A stretch of 63,047 nt of DNA, counting the filler, from Reticulomyxa filosa (lineage: Eukaryota; Protista; Foraminifera): the NCBI GenBank assembly GCA_000512085.1. It is 9 parts of 9 records of this genome, joined end to end, with 100 filler letters (N's around TTAATTAATTAA, not from the genome) between each part and the next. Parts side by side here need not be neighbours in the genome. Positions count along the whole stretch, not along the records: positions 52,675 to 54,602 come from ASPP01029070.1; positions 54,703 to 58,450 come from ASPP01029129.1; positions 58,551 to 61,911 come from ASPP01004365.1; positions 62,012 to 63,047 come from ASPP01022211.1; 5 more parts are not named here. One strand, given 5' to 3'. Shown one piece after another: positions 53,300 to 63,047 of this stretch (positions are counted from its first letter, which is position 1; each line of letters begins with the position of its first letter). A program made the translations under genes and the position numbers. Under the pieces are notes generated by a model. That model was not told the origin of the DNA and searched no databases. It worked only from the letters and a program-made list of their open reading frames with translations.

Positions 53300-54600
53300 C
53301 GATTACTCTCAGCAGTAAACCAACAAGATTGATATCAATGGAATAATTCCACAATGTGCAAATTTTCATAGCCGATCGAATCACTCTGCCATAGACCATC
53401 GATGTTAATAATATAACTAGGTATTATTATCTTCGCTCTCGATTCTAGAATACCATCGGGGGATTGTTTTATATGCGTTCGTGACATTAGTGTAAGGTCT
53501 TGAGAATATAATATGGCAATGTCTAAAGGGGAGTATCCATGACACATTACAACTAAATATCCCTTCGGCCGTCTCATGGAAGAATGAAAATGTAAAATGC
53601 ATCGTTGATCAGTTTAAGATGTTTGTGTATCTTGCAAAACATTAGTGGTACTTACATGACCGACAAAATATCCCGCACTGAGTTTATTAATATTTTCAAA
53701 TTTCACTCCTTTTAGCTCACAATACAAGTCCATGCTTCTTTCTTCTCGTCTTTCGTGTTTGGATAATATCGTAATAACACTTTGCAAATAGCTGTCCACC
53801 TGTTATGCTTAAAATCCATTTAGTCATAGCTGAATTCTGCACTACAGGATTTTCCACAATATAACAATATCGCACAAATATGATGCAATTCAAGTGGATA
53901 TCCCATGCATCTGTGGACATCACTGCGATACACTTGTTTCGCGTGACTTAGAATTGTTCTTGAAGATTTGTTATGTGTTGATCACACAAATAGCCATTGC
54001 TTATCACTTCATACAACAGACGTTTCAAAGTATTTTTGATTGTATGCTACCCAACGGTCAAATTATCTAGAATAAAATAGAGTTTGGCGGTATCACTTGA
54101 ATAGCTGGGTAATGAGGAATATGTTTGCATTCATTATGTAATAAGCCTTTCCTGTCAGCAGCAAAGACAGTTGATAATCCACTTTTGGAAAAATTAAAAC
54201 TGATCAATTCGCCTGTTTCATTACCCAAATACTCGATTATTTCTAATTTGTCTTTCAAATACTCCTTTGCATTCTCAAAAGTTGCAGCATAAGGATGCAA
54301 TGAAAATTTATATATGAAATCATCCTTCCATGTGACATTGAATGAATTAAACTCCTGTTCATATTAAAATGTGAAATAAAATTTTGTTGTAAACTGATGC
54401 AACATAATAAATGATCTTATCCAACTGCACAGAAATTTGACAAATACTTCCTTTCAAAAGAATCATTTGTACGGAAATGCCAAGAATTGTTGAGAATGAC
54501 ATGTCCACTTAATGCAATTCGCTTCAATATCATCAAAGTCATTATACCATTGAATATGAACATACACTTCTAATGACGACTTCTTTGGGTTTCCAACTTG
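53300..54600 (-). pseudogene. ADP-ribosyltransferase-fold-like family member, pseudogenised
   Basis: MGYPLELHHICAILLYCGKSC..., MDLYCELKGVKFE, GYFVGHVSTTNVLQ, CILHFHSSM, CNVSWILPFRHCHIIFSR follow the R...STS...ExE topology of ART toxins, with stops, frameshifts and a degraded ExE. Confidence 0.55.
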
Positions 54601-54709
54601 TANNNNNNNNNNNNNNNNNNNNNNNNNNNNNNNNNNNNNNNNNNNNTTAATTAATTAANNNNNNNNNNNNNNNNNNNNNNNNNNNNNNNNNNNNNNNNNN
54701 NNGTGCTAT

Positions 54710-55108
54710 TCACCAATATGGAATAAAGTCATGCAGATAGTCGATCACATTTTGGATCGATTTGACGGGTAGAAAGGCACTCACTGTGCGGTCGTCAGAC
54801 GATGGTAAACGCAACCATTCGTCGCATATTTGTGTCCATTCCATTCCCAATAACTCTTCTGACAGATTTTTATAGCGCTCAAGCTTACCACACTCTGAGA
54901 TTTGCTTGTGGATATACATCGCTGAAAAGTCTCGAAGCTCTTGCAATGAGTCTTGCGCACTGCTTGCTGATGTTATCTCCACGCGCATACCTGAACCATG
55001 GAGTAAGTAAAGTGGTAATGAGCCTCCTCCAACTGACCACAGTTTGTGATCACAAATTGCGCCCCCACAAAGTTTGAATGAACGAGATGACGAAAATATT
55101 AACATCAC
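54710..55108 (-). CDS. Hypothetical protein exon, truncated at linker
   Basis: 132-codon GC-richer ORF with no recognisable motif. Confidence 0.35.
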   Translation of the reverse strand: MMLIFSSSRSFKLCGGAICDHKLWSVGGGSLPLYLLHGSGMRVEITSASSAQDSLQELRDFSAMYIHKQISECGKLERYKNLSEELLGMEWTQICDEWLRLPSSDDRTVSAFLPVKSIQNVIDYLHDFIPYW

Positions 55109-55834
55109 TAGTTTGTCAATATTAATAATAATAATTTTAGAAAGGGGTCTCCATTTTCTGTTTTTTTCAAAAACAACTTTGAAGGCTAAAATTTTAGTTG
55201 CTTACAGTTGTTAAGATAAAGATATAAGTAGAAAAATGAAACATATTTAATATGTCCTGCCTGATTTTAGAACATGTTTCATCAATTGTTACAGTAAAAT
55301 CAATGATAACCTATTAAGAGTTTATAAAGCTAAATAAGAAACTCACCTTTTTAACGAAAAATTTGTCACTGTCTACAAGGTAAACAAAAACTCAAAACGA
55401 AGTTAAAGATTTCAAACGTAACGTATCAAAATACAAGAAAATTCTAGAAATTACCGTGACATGTCAAATACCTTTGGTATTGTGAGGTTTAAAAATTTAA
55501 TTTCATTTGTTTAATATAAGTAAAAAGCAGAAAAAGAGCAAAGTATTAAATCCCAATTCGAAAAACTTTAGAAACATTTTGAATTTTTGTTGTACGTTCG
55601 TTCTACAATAATTTTATCTAAATTATTACACATCCAATGTTTTAAAGATTGCTTTTGTTGATCTTGTTACGTTACTTTAGTTTCTTTTAAAAAAGACAGT
55701 GTTTTGGATTTAACTTTGTTTAACACGAAATGTAGTACATCATATAAGTTTTTTTGGTCAGATATTATTTTTGTTGTGATACTTTTTTTGTTGTTTTGAA
55801 AACGTGTTTGGAAATGGTGTATAGAACTTTGTCA

Positions 55835-57200
55835 CGCCGAAATGCTATAATAGGTATCAATCTGGGGACAACCAATAGTGTAGTAGAGATATATGAGGAA
55901 GCGCAAAAATTATTGAAAACAGTGAAAGTGGACGCAATACTCATTCAGTTGTTGCATTTGTTGCAAATAAACAAGGCCTGCAAAGCGACAATCGATAAAC
56001 AATCCAAAAAACACTTTCTACGCCACCATAGACAGTTTGTACTAAGAAAAGGTTCAGAAATTTTTAGAATTTTCTTGTCACAAAAGAAAAGGTGGATATG
56101 AATGAAAAAGTGTGGTAAATGAGAGGAAAAATTTTAAAAAACTATCTAAAATTACAATAATAATAAAAAAAAGACGATTTGAGGACCAGCAACACAAGGA
56201 ATTGCAAAATATTTATCTTACAAAGTCGTTCGAGGAGACAATGAGGCATGTGTTTATTACGATGTAGCCAAAGGAAATACAGACCATCGCAAATTGTGTC
56301 GTTTGTATTAGAAAAAATGAAAGAACTGCTGAATTGTACGTTGGATCAAAGGTCACAGACGCGATAGTTTTAGTACATGCATACTTTAATGATTCACAAA
56401 GACAGGCAACCAAAGATGTTTGTGCCATTACTGGACTGAATGTTACGTTATATAGATTGTATTGTTTTTGTTTTTTGAAATGTATTTTTGCAATTCAAAT
56501 ATATAGAGAAGGTTGAATGCAAAAAAGATTGTATGAAAACACTATGTCCTTTTTTGAATTGTGCAAACAGATAAAAAGATTGTTAAACGAGCCAACGGCA
56601 GCAACTTTGGCTTATGATATAGGTAAAGACTCAGGCGTGGCCGGTCCAAGAAAAGACGGTGTTTGAAGTGATGGCAACCAATGGAGACACAGCTTTGTGT
56701 GGAGATGATTTTGATCATGAATTGTTGAAATATATAGGCAATGAATTTAAAGAGTAACAGCAAATTGACTTGTTGCAAGATCCATTGGCAGTCCAAAATT
56801 GAAAGAAATTGCAGAAAAAGCCAAAATTGAGCTCTCCAGCGCTACTAAGACAGATTTGAGTATTGCTAATTCCAGTGGTCCAAAGCATTTGGATATGGAA
56901 TTGATCAGAGCCAAATTTGAAAGCTTGGTTGATAAATTAATCCAAAAAACAATTCCTCCTTGCGAATAATATGTGAAAGATGCTTCCATTAGAAAATCAG
57001 ATTTTAGTTGGATGTATGATACTTATGCCAAAAGTCTAAGAAGTTGCGGAAAATTTCTTTGGCAAAATACTTTCCAAATCAGTGAATCCAGATGAAGTCG
57101 TTGCTATGGGTGCCACAATTCAAGGAGATGTAATTGGAGGAAAATTAGATGGTATTGTGTTGATTGATGTTACTCAATTGTTATTTGTGTATTGAATGGC
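55835..57200 (+). pseudogene. Mitochondrial-type Hsp70 (DnaK-like) unprocessed pseudogene
   Basis: [85 protein letters not shown]; several stops, frameshifts and deletions; intron-like AT tracts retained. Confidence 0.9.
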
Positions 57201-58550
57201 CTAAGAGATAAACTGAATAAAACATTTGGCAAAATTGATGAAAAATTTATTGTAAGAGTCAAGGCACTCAACAATAAGTAGAAAACATCACTTAAAAAAT
57301 GATGAATTATACTTGATTTTGATTTTATACGAGCCAATTAAATAAAATTAGAAATTGTCTAAATATGTTAATATCAAACGATGAAATGTAATTTATGCAA
57401 CAGCAAGTTTAATATAGTGAGAGAAGTGAAATATAATTGGAAAAAATTTTTTTTGCATTACTTTCATGTTAAAGTATAACTAGAATGCTAAAAAATATCA
57501 TTAAAACAATTTTGAATAATACAACAATTCATTGAAAACGTAATAATAAAAATATTGAAATTTGAATTTAGAAAAATCTTACCTATTATGTATAAGTTGA
57601 TAATCTTTTTGAATTAAAATAAAAGTAAGCTTTCCAATATATAATAGCTAATAATTTAAAAAGTAACAATTGTGATGCAAAATTTTCAATTAAAGTGTTA
57701 TTTATATATTTTATTAATTATTCATTACAAATAATTTATTAAATGGAAAAATAAAACATATTCCAATGTAAAGATTATTGGATGGTTAAATTAAGGAAAG
57801 AATACAATAATTAATCAAAGATTACCCCAAACTTTTTAAGTTCAAAGAGGCAAGCCACTTCATGCTTTTCCTCTTCAAAAAAGCTTTGCAAGACATACTT
57901 ATTTTAAAGTTTAGTTATTATAAAGATAGTTTTTTTGTTCAACAGTTTTTAAACCCTTTTTTTTACCCTCACTTACAATTTTTTTTTATGTGATAAAAAA
58001 TAGTAATTATCAAAAGTGTTTCTCAAAAGTTACAAAGAAACCAACACTAAATTTAAAAGGATTCATATCACATTTTGTCATTAGATATATAATCTTTATA
58101 TAGATTGCATTTCATAAACAAGAATAACATAAATTAATATCATAATCATTATATATTCATGATGTGCTTTAATCATATACAATTCTTTCTTATTTTATCG
58201 AATATCTCAGTTGTTTATTTGTATATCTAAACAATAAACACTTTTTTTCACGTTCATATAATGATTTAGATGTTTTATGAAAATTAACAAGTTCATAGAA
58301 GTCATATTAAAAGTGACAAAAAATAATCAAAAATGATAAACAAATAAAAAAAGACTTGATTTTAAGAAAAACTATTTTCGAAAAATATCTATAAGTATTT
58401 AATTATTTATAAAATTAAAACAATAACTTTAAAAGCAATGTTTGTACTATNNNNNNNNNNNNNNNNNNNNNNNNNNNNNNNNNNNNNNNNNNNNTTAATT
58501 AATTAANNNNNNNNNNNNNNNNNNNNNNNNNNNNNNNNNNNNNNNNNNNN

Positions 58551-59160
58551 CACACTCGAATAGTTTTATCACGTGAGCATGACACAATCTTTAAACCGTC
58601 AAATGAAAATTGTGCTCCATTCACGACATGTTCATGTCCTTTCAGTGATTGGAGTTGTCTTCCTGAAGCGACATCCCATATTTGTACCGTTTTATCGATT
58701 GAAGACGATACAAGTTTTAAGCCATCAGGTGAAAATTGTGCCGCAGTTACCGCATAGGCATGTCCTTCTAAATAGGCATATTCTCCAAAGTAAATTCCAT
58801 TCATGGATGCATTTGTAAAATTAGCTTTATTTAAAAATGCTTGAAATAAGCTGATATGATCTAAATTGGCATTTTTAAAATTAGTCCCTTCAAGGAAGGC
58901 ATAATCTAAGATCGCGTGAGGAATACTGATATTGCTCCAATTTTGATTGTGCATATTAACACTCGCGGAATTGAGTATCGTAGCTGCATTTGCCGCACCA
59001 ATCTGAATTTTTTTTTTATTTCTTTTTGATGCCTCGATAATGCGGAATAACCTTGATTTTAGAGATTTGCAAATACTGGTTTGGAGTCATGAATTCGGTC
59101 CGCAATGAATTTGATAATCCCAGATTCCTCGTTCAATAATTTACAATTGCTATTATAAAT
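58551..59160 (-). CDS. Pentapeptide-repeat + WD40 protein fragment of the NACHT-pentapeptide-WD40 (NLR-like) type
   Basis: SRLFRIIEASK...IGAANAATILNSA, pentapeptides AILDY/AFLEG/TNFKN/ANLDH/AFLNK/ANFTN/ASMNG, then IYFGEYAYLEGH and WD40 repeats; cut by linker; upstream frame disrupted. Confidence 0.75.
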
Positions 59161-59759
59161 TCAAACCAAAACCAATGTTTCAAACTTCACTTTCTTATCT
59201 TTCAAATATTTTACTCAAATCAATAAAAACAAAACAAAACAAATGTATATTATTTACAATGGATGCTGCCATGCATTTAAAAGTACGTATGTCATTCCAC
59301 ATAGACTACGTGCACAACGAAATGGTAATATGCTGTTTTATGTAGCAAAAGAGAAATAGTACTTATATATTTAATGATATTGACGATCATTTGCACGTTT
59401 GGAAATAATTGGACTTGCGTGTTCACTTGCATATATATATTTGGCCAAGCTATCTCTTTGATTGATTATTCTCAATCTATATCTCTTTTTGTTGCAGTCT
59501 TTTTTTTTTTAATGTAAGCGCTTTCTATTTGGTTCCGACATTCATTGAGCGAAATTGTTGTTGTGATCACTCCTTCATCCATGTCTTCATTTTTGCCTAT
59601 GTGGTTTCATTCAAATCAAAGATCATACCAAATTCCAAAGTCTTTTTCTATTGTCATCGAACATGTATATACTAACAAAACATTTGCGTTTTGATTTGTT
59701 GTCAGCTTCTTCACACACACACACACACACACACTGTCGATGGAAATGAGCCAGTGTCG

Positions 59760-60228
59760 CGCGATACATTTGCTCTATCCAGTCTGCTGTCGTTAGTGTT
59801 GGCATTGATGATTAGTATTATCATAATGGCAAATAATCATCTTTCCTTTCACTCCATTGTCAATATTGTTTTATTGTGACTAAAATCACCTTGATAATTA
59901 TTATCTTCACTCAGATCACTTGCATGAGATAGTCAAGTAAGAGGTAATCACCACAGTAATAACATCTCGAAGCAATCGACATTGTCACATCTCCATGGAA
60001 AAGATGATGATCGCCACAGCATCGTCTCTTTTCTTTCCACATTTGCTTCAGCACGTTTTTATTTGTTTGTTTCATCCAATGCTTGTTCTCACTATTTTTT
60101 TCTTCTTTCAAGTTATGAGATAATTCTGTGCTTGTCTCTTTCGTTTCTTCTTTGTTCGTAGCTTTCTCCTTGTGAATAGATTCATCTTTCATTTCTTTTG
60201 GGGTAACACATGATCTGGATGGTGACAT
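59760..60228 (-). CDS. Hypothetical protein with Cys/His cluster
   Basis: ORF 59911-60228: charged N-terminus, then RRCCGDHHLFH...RCYYCGDYL. Confidence 0.3.
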
Positions 60229-60863
60229 CTTGTCTTTTTATGACAGGCTCGATGATGCAAGGGGTTTTTTTTAATCTCAAGCGACTTAAAGTCTTTTTAA
60301 TGTTTTATGCTTTTTTTCAAGTAAAATCATTCAGTATCTAATGGAAAAAAAACAAAAATTGAAATCAGTATTTTGCTTCAATTTTGTTTGTTTATTATAT
60401 CATTTCTCGATATTTGGATTTGGTCAATGTATATATCAATTTTCAATTCACAAAAAAGAGGGAGAGAGTGATAATAAAGCGTGCGCAAATCTATGCTCTT
60501 GTAGATGTCTTATTTTGATCAGTGATTAGCAGCTCAAATGATTTGCTTTCAGATGACGAAGAAAATAAAACATCAAAGGAAAAGAGACATCAAATAGAAT
60601 GAACCAAAAAGCGACGAAAACTACTGAAATTTTAGAATGAGTTCGGCAGTCGAATGAAAATTAAATATGAATTCATTAAAAAATTAGATAACATGAAAAA
60701 TACACTCAATTACTGTTCAAAATTTGAACAATCAGCTTTTGGAAGACCCAGCCAATTTGAAAGAAGGTTTTTGTATTTTACTCCTTAACAAGTTCTGTGA
60801 ACTTGCAGAGCGACTTCCTATTGGCATTACATTTTGACCCGATACATTTCCGGTGCTGTTTTG

Positions 60864-61900
60864 CTATGTCAAAATGTTTGGCTTGTCATTTCGTTTGCGA
60901 TACGTATAATGTTTGCTTGTATCATCATTTTCTGTGAATTCACTTCGTAGTTTCTCTTGTTGACTGGCTGTTGTTGATCCAGACAAAGACTCTCCTCCAT
61001 TGGCATAACCTTCATTTGCTATTACCGTATTTCGATTTGCTTGTCCTAAGGCAGTATTTTTTTACTCTATCTGCAAATTGTAATGAGCAAAAGGTTTCAT
61101 CTAAATCTCGGACAGATGGTGAGATGTTCACAAACATCAATGTCTTTGACTGACCTCCTATATTTATTTATTTTCAAAAAAAAAAAAAGTGTCATAAATC
61201 ATTTCAAATCAAACTACAAAAAGAAACATACCCAATGAATCTTGCAGCAAAAAAGTCAATTTACTGTTTCGATAAGGTACATGTGGATCTTTATTACGAA
61301 TGGCAGCAATAACATTGCTCAAAGCGGACAAGAAGCGATTAATGTTTCTTGCCTCTGTCATTCGTTCACCAACGGCTCCAAATCTCTCAGTTCGTTCACT
61401 TCCCGCCAAGTCAATCAAATGCAATTTGCCAAAGAATCTGTCACGAGTGACATGATTATCTCCAATCACTTCAATAGACAATATGCTATGAGATCGACTA
61501 CTATGTTCATTTAAATTGGTCACACCCACCCGTCGATTAGTCCCACCCGTTTTAATTGCACGAAACACATCCCCCCTATATCACGGCACTCTCTCTCTCT
61601 TTATCAAGTTATCAATTTGCAGCGTTCCATCTTTGTTTGTACCTTTGATCTTCAAACTCACAACTGGCTCTGGATGTTGTACATACATGCTCATCTGTGC
61701 ATGTCGATCTACCAACAAATCTTGAATCTTTTCATTGTAAATTTCAATCATTGACAGTTTCAAGTTGTACGTAAAGTTTTCTTGTCTCTGTTCAATCACT
61801 TCAAATAATTCCTTTATCGCTCGATAGTTGACTCCTCGGTCATGTGTCGGACCTTCCATTGTATACGTTTTGCCACTTCCTGTTTGTCCATACGCCTTTA
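60864..61900 (-). CDS. Kinesin-14 (KIFC3/KCBP-like) motor domain, 5'-truncated, multi-exon
   Basis: [80 protein letters not shown]. Confidence 0.92.
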
Positions 61901-62055
61901 TTTATGTTATTNNNNNNNNNNNNNNNNNNNNNNNNNNNNNNNNNNNNNNNNNNNNTTAATTAATTAANNNNNNNNNNNNNNNNNNNNNNNNNNNNNNNNN
62001 NNNNNNNNNNNTTGTCCATATATTTTTTTAAACAATAAAAAGTTGTGTTGAAATT

Positions 62056-62769
62056 TCATGCCAGTGTACACAATACATATGTTACAACCTCTTTTTTTTT
62101 TTTTTTGATTGGTTTGAAAAAAAAATCAAAAAAACATACGTCTTCGAAGGTATCAGCGGCAGAGCGGTCATTGATAATTGAGGACTGTGAAAACCCAGAT
62201 TGAATGAAGCCACATTTGGTGAAGTCGACACAAGCAGTATCCGAGTTGGAAAATGACTGCGACAACAAGTGCAAAGAATCCAAAGGGGAGGTCTGTAAAT
62301 CTGGAAGTCCCTGTTTACTAAAGACACTGTCGACTTGTTGTCCAATAGTTAGTGGTCTAAAGGATTCTCGATTTAGTCCAAAGAACCACTTTTGCTTTGA
62401 ATATTGCACGCTGTTTGGGTTGGCACCGCCGAGCCACATGTATTCGCGAGCTTCTGTCAACGCCTGATTGACGACTTTGTAAAGCATGTGTCTGCTATTC
62501 AAATAACGATGGTTCAAGTATATCCACTGATGTCTTTTGTGGGTGCCCGTTCCATTGACCAGGTCGCCAATCACCCCTTTCATCACAACGTCAGTATCGG
62601 AATGTAGCACTGTTGTGTCGTTGGCGTGCTCGTTCCAACAAAGCAAATACGGCAACAAATTCGGATCAATTGCATTCGCTATCGTCCATTTTGGAAGTGC
62701 ATCGGTCGCCAACGTCTTTAGCATTACCGCTGCATTTTTTTTGCCCTTTTCGTTTTGTTCGTTTATCAA
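62056..62769 (-). CDS. Hypothetical protein exon
   Basis: 237-codon ORF, GC-richer than flanks, preceded by (AAT)n and ending in a T/A-rich intron-like tract. Confidence 0.5.
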   Translation of the reverse strand: MINEQNEKGKKNAAVMLKTLATDALPKWTIANAIDPNLLPYLLCWNEHANDTTVLHSDTDVVMKGVIGDLVNGTGTHKRHQWIYLNHRYLNSRHMLYKVVNQALTEAREYMWLGGANPNSVQYSKQKWFFGLNRESFRPLTIGQQVDSVFSKQGLPDLQTSPLDSLHLLSQSFSNSDTACVDFTKCGFIQSGFSQSSIINDRSAADTFEDVCFFDFFFKPIKKKKKEVVTYVLCTLA

Positions 62770-63047
62770 TGTGAACGAAATGTTATGAAATCCAATACAC
62801 CATCTATTTTATTATTATTATTATTATTGTTATTATTGTTATTGTTATTATTCAAACCAATCTTTTTTTTTTTTTTTGTAATACGAACAAACTTAATAAT
62901 ATGAAAACGAATGCATGCCAATGTTTGCGATGGATTTCTTGTGTCTCGAAATTGCTGCTTTCGACGGATTGGAAAATTGAAAAAAATATCTTTGACATAA
63001 ATTAGTGTACCTTTTTCATTTGCGTTGCTTTTTTTTTTGTGTCGTTC

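Noticed and set aside
50583-59160. WD40, HEAT, ART-like and pentapeptide genes as one defence island
   Set aside because: They lie on four different contigs separated by linkers; physical clustering is unsupported
22248-62011. Eight regularly recurring TTAATTAATTAA palindromes
   Set aside because: Always embedded in exactly 44+44 N; an artificial six-frame-stop linker, not a CRISPR repeat or biological motif
1-63047. tRNA, rRNA, snRNA genes or CRISPR arrays
   Set aside because: None recognised by inspection; a tRNAscan-SE/Infernal run would be needed to exclude them formally

Overview
AT-rich eukaryotic nuclear DNA, not prokaryotic. It has short GT-AG introns, poly-Asn/poly-A/poly-T tracts, many decayed paralogues, and WD40, HEAT and ART-like families that resemble those I recall from the foraminiferan Reticulomyxa filosa (organism assignment is inference). 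The window is nine contig pieces joined by eight identical artificial 100-nt linkers (N44-TTAATTAATTAA-N44), so adjacency across linkers is not evidence of linkage. Housekeeping-type genes: NDUFAF6, an SFSWAP-like two-SURP/RS splicing factor, a membrane-anchored P-loop ATPase, an RRM protein, a choline-transporter-like 5' end, a coiled-coil/FN3/SPRY protein, a secreted CBM-esterase, a PI3K-family kinase, COPS8, RAD54, the POLD3 C-terminus and a kinesin-14. Decayed elements: LINE (gag/RT/RNase H) debris, WD40, mtHsp70 and ADP-ribosyltransferase-like pseudogenes, and NLR-like pentapeptide-WD40 and HEAT fragments. Most notable: (1) a spliced gene fusing a RelA/SpoT-type alarmone-synthetase-like domain to ankyrin-like repeats; (2) a Hippo/MST-like kinase that has lost its HRD and DFG motifs but kept TM docking motifs and a SARAH-like tail; (3) a 77-aa MGCC-initiated His-rich peptide lying between them on the same contig.
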